Shown here: piece after piece, positions 42,499-52,192 of the stretch
Position numbering within the stretch: position 1 is the first letter of the stretch
Layout of the letters: each line of letters starts with the position of its first letter
From: Nitrospirota bacterium
GTDB taxonomy: Bacteria; Nitrospirota; Nitrospiria; 2-01-FULL-66-17
NCBI GenBank assembly: GCA_049325335.1
Contig: JBMOMC010000007.1
Location: 224,001 to 288,000 of the forward strand
Reading direction: 5' to 3'
Length of the DNA: 64,000 nucleotides
The notes under the pieces: model-generated
Database searches by the model: none
What the model was told of the DNA's origin: nothing
What the model saw: only the letters and a program-made list of their open reading frames with translations
Program-made: the position numbers and the translations under genes

Positions 42499-43419
42499 TT
42501 ACAGCGGAAGAAGGTCGGACGCGGACGGCGCCGGCAGGTCCGCCGCGGCTTCAACCCGACGCCACGCGGGACCGCCGTCCTGGTCACGTCCCGAGGAGGC
42601 CAGGGTTTCAAACCCCCGCGTCAAGATCGCGGTGGCATCCCACCAACGCCGGGGAGCGTTCAACATCACGAGGAGGAGATCGCCCTCTTCGCGGATCGCC
42701 CGCGCGATCAAACAGCGGCCGGCCCGATTGGTAAAACCAGTCTTGACCCCCACCGCGCCGTCGAAGCTCGCCATCAGCCGGTTGGTGGTGCGGTACCGAT
42801 AGATCCGGCGGCCGTCCAACGTGCGTAACACGCCCTGGTGAATCTTGACCGCCTCATCGAACGCGGGGTTCGCAAGCGCAGTGGTAGCGAGCCTCGCCAG
42901 ATCGTTCGCCGTGGAGTAATGACTCGGCGCGTCGAATCCGCACGCATTCTGAAAATGCGTATTGGCCAGCCCCAAAGCGTCGGCGTAGCGGTTCATTCTC
43001 TCGACGAATCCATCTTCCGTGCCCGCGATCGCTTCAGCCACGGCCCGGCACGCATCGTTCGCGGACGTGACCAGCATGGCATCGATGAGGTCCCCAAGCC
43101 GAAACGTCTGCCCGGCCCGCACGCGCAACCGATGGCCGGTGGCGCGTGCCGCGTGTCGGCTGATAGTCACGGTCGAGTGGAGGTCGCCTTCCTCGAACGC
43201 GATCAGGGCGGTCATCACCTTGGTCAGACTTGCCGGCGCCAGCCGAGCGCCCGCATTGGCTTCGTACAACACCCGCTGTTGGGACAGGTCCATGAGCAGG
43301 AGCCCCTTGGCCCGAACCTTGGGCCACGCCGCCTCGTCGGCCCAACTCGGGACCGCCCAGCCGAACAACGCGACGACGACAAGCGTCACGGCCCACCGTT
43401 GATGGCGCCGGATCACCAT
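42499..43419 (-). CDS. dacA: D-alanyl-D-alanine carboxypeptidase (S11)
   Basis: PASLTK, SAND, GVKTGFT motifs; signal peptide. Confidence 0.88.
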   Translation of the reverse strand: MVIRRHQRWAVTLVVVALFGWAVPSWADEAAWPKVRAKGLLLMDLSQQRVLYEANAGARLAPASLTKVMTALIAFEEGDLHSTVTISRHAARATGHRLRVRAGQTFRLGDLIDAMLVTSANDACRAVAEAIAGTEDGFVERMNRYADALGLANTHFQNACGFDAPSHYSTANDLARLATTALANPAFDEAVKIHQGVLRTLDGRRIYRYRTTNRLMASFDGAVGVKTGFTNRAGRCLIARAIREEGDLLLVMLNAPRRWWDATAILTRGFETLASSGRDQDGGPAWRRVEAAADLPAPSASDLLPL

Positions 43420-43508
43420 CCGATCGAACTCACCGCCACCCGACTCCTCGCGGAACATTGGGGCCAACTATAATAGACGCCTCCCCGGTCGTCAACGCTC
43501 GTCTCACG

Positions 43509-44312
43509 CTAGACCACCCACAAGACCAGACACTTGGCGCTCCCCCCGGCCTTGTGAAACTCCGACAGATCCACGGGATGGGGCGTGAAGCCGTGCGCGC
43601 GCAGGGTTCGTTCCAACTCCTCGCAACCGGCCTGCAGGACCACGTCGCGCCCCGCCACTACCGCGTTGCACCCAAACCGCGCGGCGTCGGCCTCGCTCAC
43701 CGCGATCGGCTCGGGCACGAACTGCGCGATCACCTTGCGGCCGTACTCGTCGAACGCGGACGGATAATACAGCGCGCGCCGGGTATCGAGCGGGCAGAAA
43801 CACGTGTCCAAATGGTAAAAGCGCGGGTCCACCAGTTCGAGCGAGAGCACCTCGCGGCCCACCAGAGCGGCCACGGCCTGGTGCGAGCGGACGTCGGAAC
43901 GGATGCGGTACCCCGCGAACAGGGCCTCGCCCAACCACAACGCGTCGCCTTCGCCCTCGAAACACGTGTCCTCGGGCACGGCGTCGATCCGATACCCGCG
44001 CGCGCGAAACCACGCCTCGTAAATGGGTTGTTCCTGTTGGCGCTCCGGATGGAGGAACCGACTGGCCATGAAGCGGCCGGGTACGACCAGACCCGCGTTC
44101 GCAGTAAAGACCAAATCAGGCAGGCCCTTGACCGGGTCGAGCAGATCAACGCGAATGCCTAGGCCGTTGGTCAGCTCGTTGTACAACGCCCGCCACTGCG
44201 CCTGCGCGCGCGCCGCATCCGCAGGCCTGCGCACATCCATCCACGGGTTGATTTCGTATTCGATCCCGTAGAAGTCCGGCGGACACATCAACAGGGATCG
44301 ACCAGGCGTCAT
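43509..44312 (-). CDS. Amidinotransferase-superfamily enzyme (arginine dihydrolase-like)
   Basis: YEINPWM, LPDLVFTANAG, FEGEGD, FYHLDTCFCPL, KAGGSAKCL. Confidence 0.85.
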   Translation of the reverse strand: MTPGRSLLMCPPDFYGIEYEINPWMDVRRPADAARAQAQWRALYNELTNGLGIRVDLLDPVKGLPDLVFTANAGLVVPGRFMASRFLHPERQQEQPIYEAWFRARGYRIDAVPEDTCFEGEGDALWLGEALFAGYRIRSDVRSHQAVAALVGREVLSLELVDPRFYHLDTCFCPLDTRRALYYPSAFDEYGRKVIAQFVPEPIAVSEADAARFGCNAVVAGRDVVLQAGCEELERTLRAHGFTPHPVDLSEFHKAGGSAKCLVLWVV

Positions 44313-45547
44313 CCCTTCGACCGCGCACCCATCGGCGGATCCAACGCATCAACCAATGTCCGAAGAAACGGCTCCACGTCGGTGACCAGGCCCATGGCCT
44401 GAAAGCTCCCGCGATCCCCGAGTTTGGTCACCACCGCGGGGTTGATGTCCACGCAGATCAATTTCACCGAAGCGGGCAGAATGTTACCGGTGGCGATCGA
44501 GTGCAGCGTAGTGGCGATCAGGATCGCCACGGTCACGTCCTGGATGTTTTCGCGCATGGCGTCCTGGGCGCGGACCGCGTCGGTGATTACGTCCGGCAAC
44601 GGCCCGTCGTCGCGGATCGACCCGGCCAGCACCACGTCCACGCCGCACGTCACGCACGCGTGCATGATGCCGTTGGACAGTAGGCCACGCTCCACGGCCT
44701 GGCGAATGCCCCCGACCCGACGGATCGCGTTGATGGCACGCAGGTGGTGCTCGTGCCCCTCCTCGACCGGAATGCCCCGGTCGAGCGACATGCCCAGCGA
44801 CGTGCCGAACAACGCCTGCTCGATGTCGTGCGCCGCGAGCGCGTTGCCCGCGAACAAGACCTGCACGTACCCAGATCGAATCAACCGTTCCAGGTGCGGG
44901 CCCGACCCGGTGTGGATCACGGCCGGTCCCGCGACCACGAGAACCTTGTTCCCCGCAGCGCGCGCGGCCTTGATGTGCGCGGCCATTTCGCGGATCACCA
45001 CCGCCTTGGGTTTTTCGGAGGACACGCTGCTCGCCATAAACTCGAACACGTTGCGCTCCGGTGAACGGTCAATGGGCGAGACTTTGACTCCCGCGTGCCC
45101 AACCACGATCCGATCGCCGCGGCGCACCCGGTGCATGGGCACCGTACCCGCGCGGCCGGCGGCGGGGTCGAACGCGATGCCGCAATCCATTTCCGGACGT
45201 TCGACCGGGATCCACGCGCCGTTCACACGAATCCACGAGTCAAAATGCGACGTGCAGTAGAACCCTTCGGGGAACGCGCCGTCGCAGTCCGCCGCCACGA
45301 GCTTGACGTCTTCGCCCCGCACGGGCAATGCGCCATGCTGCCCGATGCGTCCGAGGATCACGTCGAGCTGCGCAGCATCGGACGCGGTCACGTTGATCGT
45401 GGCGCAACTCGCATCTTCCCGGCGGTGCCCCACGGTAAGATCCACGATCTCAAACCGCCCGCCCAGATTCATGATCTCGTCGAGTACCTTGGGCAGCAGC
45501 AGGGAATCAATGATGTGGCCGCGAAGTTCGACAGTTTCAGTGGGCAT
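44309..45547 (-). CDS. TIGR00300 / LOR-SDH-type ornithine cyclodeaminase-like protein
   Basis: LRGHIIDSL, FEFMASSVSSEKPK, GPAVIHTG, LAGSIRDDGPLPD, KLGDRGS. Confidence 0.85.
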   Translation of the reverse strand: MPTETVELRGHIIDSLLLPKVLDEIMNLGGRFEIVDLTVGHRREDASCATINVTASDAAQLDVILGRIGQHGALPVRGEDVKLVAADCDGAFPEGFYCTSHFDSWIRVNGAWIPVERPEMDCGIAFDPAAGRAGTVPMHRVRRGDRIVVGHAGVKVSPIDRSPERNVFEFMASSVSSEKPKAVVIREMAAHIKAARAAGNKVLVVAGPAVIHTGSGPHLERLIRSGYVQVLFAGNALAAHDIEQALFGTSLGMSLDRGIPVEEGHEHHLRAINAIRRVGGIRQAVERGLLSNGIMHACVTCGVDVVLAGSIRDDGPLPDVITDAVRAQDAMRENIQDVTVAILIATTLHSIATGNILPASVKLICVDINPAVVTKLGDRGSFQAMGLVTDVEPFLRTLVDALDPPMGARSKG

Positions 45548-45625
45548 TTAGAAGATCCCCCCTTTGACAAAGGGGGGAAGGGGGGGATTTGCAGGGCGCG
45601 CGATCGAGCCGAGAACGCACGGCGA

Positions 45626-45979
45626 CTACCCGATCAAATGCTCTCGAATCGCATTCGCCAACGCGTCGGCTTCCAATCGCTCGGACGCGGAGAACACCAG
45701 CTTGCCCCGTTTGTACAGGTGCGTGGTCGGAAAACTCTCGAACTCGTAGCGCTTCTTGATCTCCCGGCTCCCCGGAATGTGCATGAGGCCTCGCCCGAAT
45801 TTCACCTTGGGAGAGAACTCCCGCGCCGCGGCCTGGATCGCGGGTTCGTACTCGTCGCAGTTGTGGCAGTTGGCGATTTTATAGAACACGGCGGCCGCTG
45901 GCGCCGCATGGTACTCCTCAAAGTTCTCGTCGTTGACGCGCGGCAGTTCAATCGGCTCAGTGTGCACGGTATCCATCAT
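45626..45979 (-). CDS. Thioredoxin-fold protein
   Basis: CHNC motif and FPT cis-Pro motif. Confidence 0.7.
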   Translation of the reverse strand: MMDTVHTEPIELPRVNDENFEEYHAAPAAAVFYKIANCHNCDEYEPAIQAAAREFSPKVKFGRGLMHIPGSREIKKRYEFESFPTTHLYKRGKLVFSASERLEADALANAIREHLIG

Positions 45980-46002
45980 GGGCTCGGGGCACGATAAAGA
46001 AC

Positions 46003-46030
46003 GTAGGGGCGCACGGCCGTGCGCCCCTAC
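46003..46030. repeat. GTAG-family REP element
   Basis: Perfect palindrome GTAGGGGCGCACGGCCGTGCGCCCCTAC. Confidence 0.8.
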
Positions 46031-46050
46031 CCGTCTCACGGCATACCGTA

Positions 46051-46512
46051 CTACTTGAGCGATTTGATGGCGTTCAGAATTTCCTGGTCATCACGCGCGG
46101 TCAGGATCTCCTGGACCTTCACGTACTTGACCACGCCGGCCTTGTCGATCACCACGGTGGCGCGCTTGGTGATGAATTTATCTTCCAAATACATGCCGTA
46201 CTTCTTGGCCGTGTTGCCGCCCATGTCCGACAGCAGGCGGTGCTTCAAGCCGAGCGAGTCGGCCCACGCCTTGTGCGAGTAGACGCTGTCGATGCTGATG
46301 CCGAGCACCTCCGTATCTGCCGAGGAGAACTTCGGGAAATCGTCGGTCAAGCACCGGTTTTCCTTGGTGCACACCGGGCTCCAATCCAGCGGATAGAACG
46401 CCAACACCACGTTCTTCTTGCCCTTGAAGTCGGCAAGTTTCACTTCCTTTTGGTCCTGATCCTTGAGCGTAAAATCCGGAGCCGTCGCCCCCACTTGAAT
46501 TTCTGCCGCCAT
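46051..46512 (-). CDS. Peroxiredoxin (AhpE/BCP-like)
   Basis: APDFTL, FYPLDWSPVCTKE; GGAGG RBS. Confidence 0.9.
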   Translation of the reverse strand: MAAEIQVGATAPDFTLKDQDQKEVKLADFKGKKNVVLAFYPLDWSPVCTKENRCLTDDFPKFSSADTEVLGISIDSVYSHKAWADSLGLKHRLLSDMGGNTAKKYGMYLEDKFITKRATVVIDKAGVVKYVKVQEILTARDDQEILNAIKSLK

Positions 46513-46986
46513 TGCCGTCCCTCCTGTGTCTATGAGAAATCGCGCAACCGTGCGGAAGACCCCGCACCGCGCACCGGAAGAAAAGAGGCCACGTTCTATC
46601 ACGGGGATTTTGGGGTTGTCAAGCAACCGGTGCCGACGTGGGGATGATTCGGTAAGTCCGGCGGTCCGAATCAGGACGATGGCGATGTTCGCCTTCTGCG
46701 GTCTCGTCACCCCGCTCGGTCAAACGCAAGTCAAAAGCCACGCCTGTCCATTGGTATCTTGTTCGGTCAGAATCCTTATTCCTGTGGCCGACCCATGTTT
46801 CCGGTACTTTATCCTCCACAAGCGTTCCCGCCGTCATCGTCACTTACGAATCTGAAATCCGCATTACGGATCACGTGGGTAGAAACTCGGCATTCATGTA
46901 CGGATTTCCGTCAATCGGGCTGTCATCGACCATAAGAAATGTCGACCTTTCAATGAGTTACTCTTGCTTAATCATCAATTGACCAG

Positions 46987-47002
46987 TGGCACCTAAGTTG
47001 CT
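46987..47002 (+). promoter_or_regulatory. Sigma54 promoter for the FN3/secreted-protein operon
   Basis: TGGCAC-CTAAG-TTGCT, a full consensus match; upstream ACGGA-TT-TCCGT inverted repeat. Confidence 0.8.
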
Positions 47003-47097
47003 ATACATGTCCCCGGATTTGACGGACCTGACATAAGATGGTCAGCGTAGCTCTAGAACATTGGGCGAGAATTGAGACCGGGAGGAGGACGGTGTTC

Positions 47098-47577
47098 ATG
47101 ACAAGCGGACGTTTACCGCGACTCTTGATACCCACGGTATCGGCGATGGGGGAGGAACTCACCGCTCGCAAACGCCACGCCCGTCTCTTCGCCGGCTCGT
47201 TGCGCCAACTGTCCGGTCTCGCCCTTGGCGTCGGCCTCTTGGTGTTGGCGGGGTGCGGTAACGGAGCAGGATCAACCGACGCCCAGAGCCCGTCGGACCC
47301 CGTCAACCTCAGTACCGCGGTCTTAAATTGGGATGCGCCTTCCACCAGCGAGGACGGGACGCCGATCGCGGATCTGGCCGGATACAGAGTTTACTACGGC
47401 ACCACCGAACCGGTGACCAAATCGAACAGTGACAGCGTTGATGTCGGCGACACCTTGGGCCACACCTTCGACAGCCTCCCCGCCGGCACGTACTACTTCG
47501 CGGTCGCCGCGTATGATCTGTACAACAACGAGAGCGAGTTATCGGGGTCCGTGACCAAGGTCATCTCGGAAGGTTAG
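47098..47577 (+). CDS. Fibronectin type III lipoprotein
   Basis: GGAGGAGG RBS, lipobox VLAGC, LNWDAP..LAGYRVYYG..GTYYFAVAAYD..NES. Confidence 0.8.
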   Translation: MTSGRLPRLLIPTVSAMGEELTARKRHARLFAGSLRQLSGLALGVGLLVLAGCGNGAGSTDAQSPSDPVNLSTAVLNWDAPSTSEDGTPIADLAGYRVYYGTTEPVTKSNSDSVDVGDTLGHTFDSLPAGTYYFAVAAYDLYNNESELSGSVTKVISEG

Positions 47578-47616
47578 GCCATCACCATCACACGGGATAT
47601 ATTCGGGGTATCGGCT

Positions 47617-49026
47617 ATGCGGTTATCGCAATGGGGCGTGGGAATCGCGGGAGGAGTGCTCGCCGGTGTTCTGGGAGGCTGGGGGCTATCGTCCGACGCG
47701 TGGGGCGCGACGTACTACGTGGATCAGGCGCACCCCAGCGCCAACGACAGCGGTCCCGGCACGAGTGAAACCGCACCCTGGTTGACGCTCCAGCGCGCGA
47801 TGCAATCCGACATCGTGGCGGGAGACACGGTCTACGTGAAGAATGGCACATATGACGCGGGAGCGGGTGAATTTAATCCGGCAAATTCCGGAACCCCAAG
47901 CGCGCCGATCGCCTTTCGCGCGTTCTCGGGACACCGTCCCGTGGTCACGAAGCCCGGCGGAGATCCGGCAGGCGGAAACCGTATGGTGATCGGCGCGGAC
48001 GGCCGAGGGAGTTATGTGATTTGGGATGGATTCACCCTTGGTCCGTGGACCAACGTCTTGGTGATGAACGCCGATGGCGTCGTGTTGGAAAATTTGATCA
48101 TCGACAAAGGCGCATCGGTACCGGCGAGCTGCGGACAAGGCAACTACAACGGCATTTTCGTCGAACTCGCTAACAACACCGTAATTCGCAACAACATCAT
48201 TCGCAACATCAACTATACCGGCTGCAACTTGTGGAACGCGGGTGGGATCGTGTTGTACGAAGCGCACAACACGCGTATTTATAATAACGAAATCTATAAC
48301 ACCAACACGGGCATCAACGATAAAGAAAATGGCGTCTCCAACATCCACGAGTTCAACTACTTTCATGACATCGCCGGCCCCGGGGTGATGTTTCAGGGCT
48401 ACGCCACGAGCCGGTGCGGGGCCTGCCCGGTTGAGAACATTGCGGTCCGCAACAATATCTTCGTCAACACCGATGTTGGAGTGTATCTGAATCTTTCGGA
48501 CCCCTCGCGCGAGCGAAATATCGATGTCTACAACAATGTCCTGTATAACGTCCGCAAGGGGTTCGGCATGATCACCGCCATTCCGGACATCGACGTTTAC
48601 AACAACATTCTGATCACGCGAGCCGTTTCCGACTCTGCTGAAATCGACCTCGATGCGATTCCCGCTGATTGGATGTCCAACTACAACAATTTCGAAGCGG
48701 CGTCAGGCGGAACGATCACCTTTAACACCCCGTCCGGCGCCGTCACGCTCACCCAGTGGCGGACCTCGCTGGGCGCTGACTTGAACTCAACCACGCTCGG
48801 TTCTCTATTTATCGGACCACTCACAGGGTCGATCCGTCCCGAGGCGTTCCGGCTGAGCGGGATATCACCACTGATCAACCAGGGTCGCACCGGGGGAGTC
48901 TTGACCGGTACGCCGGTCAATATGGGAGCATTTCTCAGCAGCAATGATGTGGTCGGCTTGCGATCGGACTTGGGTCCGGTGGATTTCACTCCGCCTGCGC
49001 GGCCGACCGGCCTGAACGTTCGATAG
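47617..49026 (+). CDS. Secreted right-handed beta-helix (pectin lyase-like) protein
   Basis: Signal peptide, ATYYVD..ANDSGPGT..PWLTL, AGDTVYVKNGTY, NN-rich coils; tail DFTPPARPTGLNVR. Confidence 0.8.
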   Translation: MRLSQWGVGIAGGVLAGVLGGWGLSSDAWGATYYVDQAHPSANDSGPGTSETAPWLTLQRAMQSDIVAGDTVYVKNGTYDAGAGEFNPANSGTPSAPIAFRAFSGHRPVVTKPGGDPAGGNRMVIGADGRGSYVIWDGFTLGPWTNVLVMNADGVVLENLIIDKGASVPASCGQGNYNGIFVELANNTVIRNNIIRNINYTGCNLWNAGGIVLYEAHNTRIYNNEIYNTNTGINDKENGVSNIHEFNYFHDIAGPGVMFQGYATSRCGACPVENIAVRNNIFVNTDVGVYLNLSDPSRERNIDVYNNVLYNVRKGFGMITAIPDIDVYNNILITRAVSDSAEIDLDAIPADWMSNYNNFEAASGGTITFNTPSGAVTLTQWRTSLGADLNSTTLGSLFIGPLTGSIRPEAFRLSGISPLINQGRTGGVLTGTPVNMGAFLSSNDVVGLRSDLGPVDFTPPARPTGLNVR

Positions 49027-49087
49027 GTCTGTCCGGCGCCTCCGCGCGCCGGACGAGCATTGGCATTCCGCGGATACTGGAGCCACC

Positions 49088-49927
49088 ATGAAGCCATTGC
49101 GCCCTGTAATCGTCGCGATCGTTCTCGGACTGGCGCTGTCCGGACTAAGCCGGACCGCTTCGGCCCAGATTCTGCTCCAAGAAGATTTTGAGGACAGTAA
49201 TCTCTCCAGCCGCGGCTGGTACGACATGGCGCGATGGGGCACGGAACAATTCATCTCGACTACCCAAGCCCGAAGCGGGAGTGCGTCCCTGGAAGTCCGC
49301 TACCAGAGCGGATCAACCGGCCCCTATATGCGTCATCAGTTTTCAGGTCAAAACCGCGTGTACACCCGGTACTACCGCAAGTGGGCGTCCAACTGGCGGT
49401 GGTCAACGGTGCCGGGACCGCACGATACATACCTGTTCGCCATGTACGGCCAACAATACTTCGCTCCGACCGAGACGTATCTGACCGTTTATACCGACGC
49501 CGTGTATCAGGGATTACCAAGTTGGCAACCGGGAACCATCGGGCTCCAAACAAAACGCTCGCTACAAGGCGAGTCGTATCGGACGTTGACGAGCTTGAGT
49601 CAGCCGCCCGCGCGATTCGTCCTTGATCAATGGTATTGCGTGGAGGTGATGGCCACCATGAACACCCCTGGAAGCAGCGACGGACGGCTTCAGTTATGGC
49701 TCGATGGGACACCGATCTTCGACGTGAGCGGCCGGCTACTTCGGGATGCCAACAATGCGGGGCTTCAGTTCGACCAGTTTATGTTCGGCCCGTACTTTCA
49801 CGGTGGAACGTCGCAAGTCCAGTCAACCTGGATTGATGCGCTGGTGATCGCTACCGAACGAGTGGGGTGTCTCGATGCCTCCGACACCACGCCTCCAAGT
49901 GCGCCGACCGGCCTCGTGGTTGAATAG
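49088..49927 (+). CDS. Secreted polysaccharide lyase/ConA-like jelly-roll protein
   Basis: Signal peptide, EDFE, QWYCVE..NTPG..DG..LWLDG, WIDALVIATERVGC; tail DTTPPSAPTGLVVE. Confidence 0.7.
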   Translation: MKPLRPVIVAIVLGLALSGLSRTASAQILLQEDFEDSNLSSRGWYDMARWGTEQFISTTQARSGSASLEVRYQSGSTGPYMRHQFSGQNRVYTRYYRKWASNWRWSTVPGPHDTYLFAMYGQQYFAPTETYLTVYTDAVYQGLPSWQPGTIGLQTKRSLQGESYRTLTSLSQPPARFVLDQWYCVEVMATMNTPGSSDGRLQLWLDGTPIFDVSGRLLRDANNAGLQFDQFMFGPYFHGGTSQVQSTWIDALVIATERVGCLDASDTTPPSAPTGLVVE

Positions 49928-49959
49928 CGATGTATACCAGGCGTCGCGGGAGGAATCGA

Positions 49960-51006
49960 ATGCCCACGCGACTCGTTGTTTTCGTGGTAACCGTCGTCAT
50001 GTTCAACGGTCAGTTCGCCTTCGCAGCGCACGACTCAATCGCCCCATCAGCGCCACGGGGCGTCACGGGCCACGGTGTGAGCGCCACGTCGATAGAACTG
50101 ACGTGGTGGCCTTCCCAGGACAATGCCGGCATCGACCACTACAACATCTATCGGTGCCAGGGATCGTCCTGCACCGGGACGCTCGTCGGCACCGCCGACA
50201 CCAATTATTTTCTCGATACGGGTTTATCCGCCCAAACCCCGTACTCCTACACCGTCACGGCGGTTGATCCCGAAGGACGGGAGTCGGCTCGTTCACTCAC
50301 GCTGGACGGCTACAGCCGGAGCATTCTGACACACCCAACGGGCGGAACCGAAACGATCGAGATCACCAGCTCGCCGACTCAGGTAGCGCCTGGAGCGACG
50401 TTCAGCGTGAGCTGGCGACCGACGCTCAACTATCAGCCGGGCTCATTCGGTCATCATGACGCCCATTTTAACGATTCGTTGGACACATGGGGGTGTAATC
50501 CGCCCAACTGCTGGTACGAGGTGGATATCACCAGTAATGGCGGAGTGTATTCCGTCACGTCCACCGCGCCAGCCGCCACCAAAGACATCTATTGGATCCC
50601 GGACCCGCACGCGGCCGGAGCCACATACAATATCAACACCCACCAGCACTATCCGCTTGCGCGGATCGTCGTGACCAACGGCAACCCGCTAGCCATCACG
50701 ACCACCACCTTGCCGAACGCCACGCTGAACACGCCCTATTCCCGAACCATCGTCCACAACGCCAGCAACGAGGCGGTCGGACCGTTCGCGTGCGGGGTCT
50801 CCGAGGGCAGACTGCCGAATAATGTGCTGCTCAACAGCGCGACCTGCGTCCTATCGGGAACCCCCACCGAGTCCGGGAGCTTCATCTTCACCGCTCGCGT
50901 CAAAGCGACCAGTGAAAATTACGCCATGCGCCGGCTCGCGTTGACGGTCGGCACCTCATCCGACACGATCCCGCCCAGCCCCCCCACCGGCCTCACCGTC
51001 CGATAG
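49960..51006 (+). CDS. Secreted FN3 plus putative Ig-domain protein
   Basis: Complete N-terminal FN3 (APSAPRGV..LTW..YSYTVTAVD), Ig-like LAITTTTLP..LSGTPT; tail DTIPPSPPTGLTVR. Confidence 0.75.
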   Translation: MPTRLVVFVVTVVMFNGQFAFAAHDSIAPSAPRGVTGHGVSATSIELTWWPSQDNAGIDHYNIYRCQGSSCTGTLVGTADTNYFLDTGLSAQTPYSYTVTAVDPEGRESARSLTLDGYSRSILTHPTGGTETIEITSSPTQVAPGATFSVSWRPTLNYQPGSFGHHDAHFNDSLDTWGCNPPNCWYEVDITSNGGVYSVTSTAPAATKDIYWIPDPHAAGATYNINTHQHYPLARIVVTNGNPLAITTTTLPNATLNTPYSRTIVHNASNEAVGPFACGVSEGRLPNNVLLNSATCVLSGTPTESGSFIFTARVKATSENYAMRRLALTVGTSSDTIPPSPPTGLTVR

Positions 51007-51082
51007 TCCCAGCAGGGAACACCTGGAAGACCGGTTTGAAGCGCCACGACCCCACCCGCGGCATGCGAATACAGACCGGTTC

Positions 51083-51910
51083 TCATAGATGCAATGCTCG
51101 ATTAACCCTCCCTTTAAGCTTATTAACAACGCCTTTAATTTTATAATTGATAACACGATCTCTTTTTTTTAGAAGTTCGTCGGCCCCGTTGAACTCAGAG
51201 AGAAACTTGTTCGCCCATTTCGCATTGATGTCGTTACTCTGCCTTTTTGTGACTTGCTCATTCGGTATTTTTTCTGGATCAATCTCCGCACCAACAAATT
51301 CTGCGATCCGTTTTATTGATTGCGTAAGACTGTCACGAACATCTCTAAAGTCCATGTCAATTCGTTTACATCCGCAGGCGGCCAGACTATACCGCCAAGA
51401 AGAATTTTCGAGAATGGTTTGACGGAGATATGCGTTAATCTGATTGAAATTATATTTCGGATTATCATGCACAGGTTTTTGACCAGATATCCATACACCC
51501 GTTTGACTCGCGATTGCCAATGACACAGCTTGTCCTATCAGGTCTTCCCGAGAGAGAAGGATGTAGTACGCGTTTGGGAAATATTCCATTAACCGATGGA
51601 ATCCACCAAACTGATTTATATGGGAGTAATGGATCTTTATTCCAAATACTCCGTTAGGCGATGTCCTTCGCCGCTGTATTTCCGTCAAAACATCAAAAAA
51701 AAGTTTTTTACCAAAGCGCCTCTTCCATTCGGCGATATTCGCGGAATTTGCATACTCAAGTGGAAACCCAAAACAGCTGGTCTTATGCAGCGCATGCCCC
51801 AACATATGGCCGCCCGATCTGGCGGTCGAAGCGATGATCAGGATCTTCGAGGGCTTTTCTACTCGAGGGAAATCATGGTGCTCTGAGAATTGGTCGTCAT
51901 ATAAGTGCAT
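51083..51910 (-). CDS. Stf0-family sulfotransferase
   Basis: ASTARSGG PAPS-binding loop, PLEY, NGVFGIK, LSREDLIGQAVS; AT-rich. Confidence 0.8.
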   Translation of the reverse strand: MHLYDDQFSEHHDFPRVEKPSKILIIASTARSGGHMLGHALHKTSCFGFPLEYANSANIAEWKRRFGKKLFFDVLTEIQRRRTSPNGVFGIKIHYSHINQFGGFHRLMEYFPNAYYILLSREDLIGQAVSLAIASQTGVWISGQKPVHDNPKYNFNQINAYLRQTILENSSWRYSLAACGCKRIDMDFRDVRDSLTQSIKRIAEFVGAEIDPEKIPNEQVTKRQSNDINAKWANKFLSEFNGADELLKKRDRVINYKIKGVVNKLKGRVNRALHL

Positions 51911-52192
51911 CGTGCTCCCCGTTGCGTTGCCAAACGAGTCCGGAGAATTCCTCCATCCGTTCCCGGTATCGTTTTCCCTTTCGAACGACAACGCCATGAA
52001 TACTACATTCTTCCGGCACGCCTGCTTCGGATACCACCGGCGACATGGGCGAGTACCCGAACCACCTCATCGACCACGTGGCGGTCGCCGCGCAGATGTC
52101 CTCGGCGGATAACCCCTGCGTCGAGGCTGCGATTATAATTCTTTTCGGAATTTTTCTACAACGCAACGACTTTCTGAGCGAGGACCTGTTGT

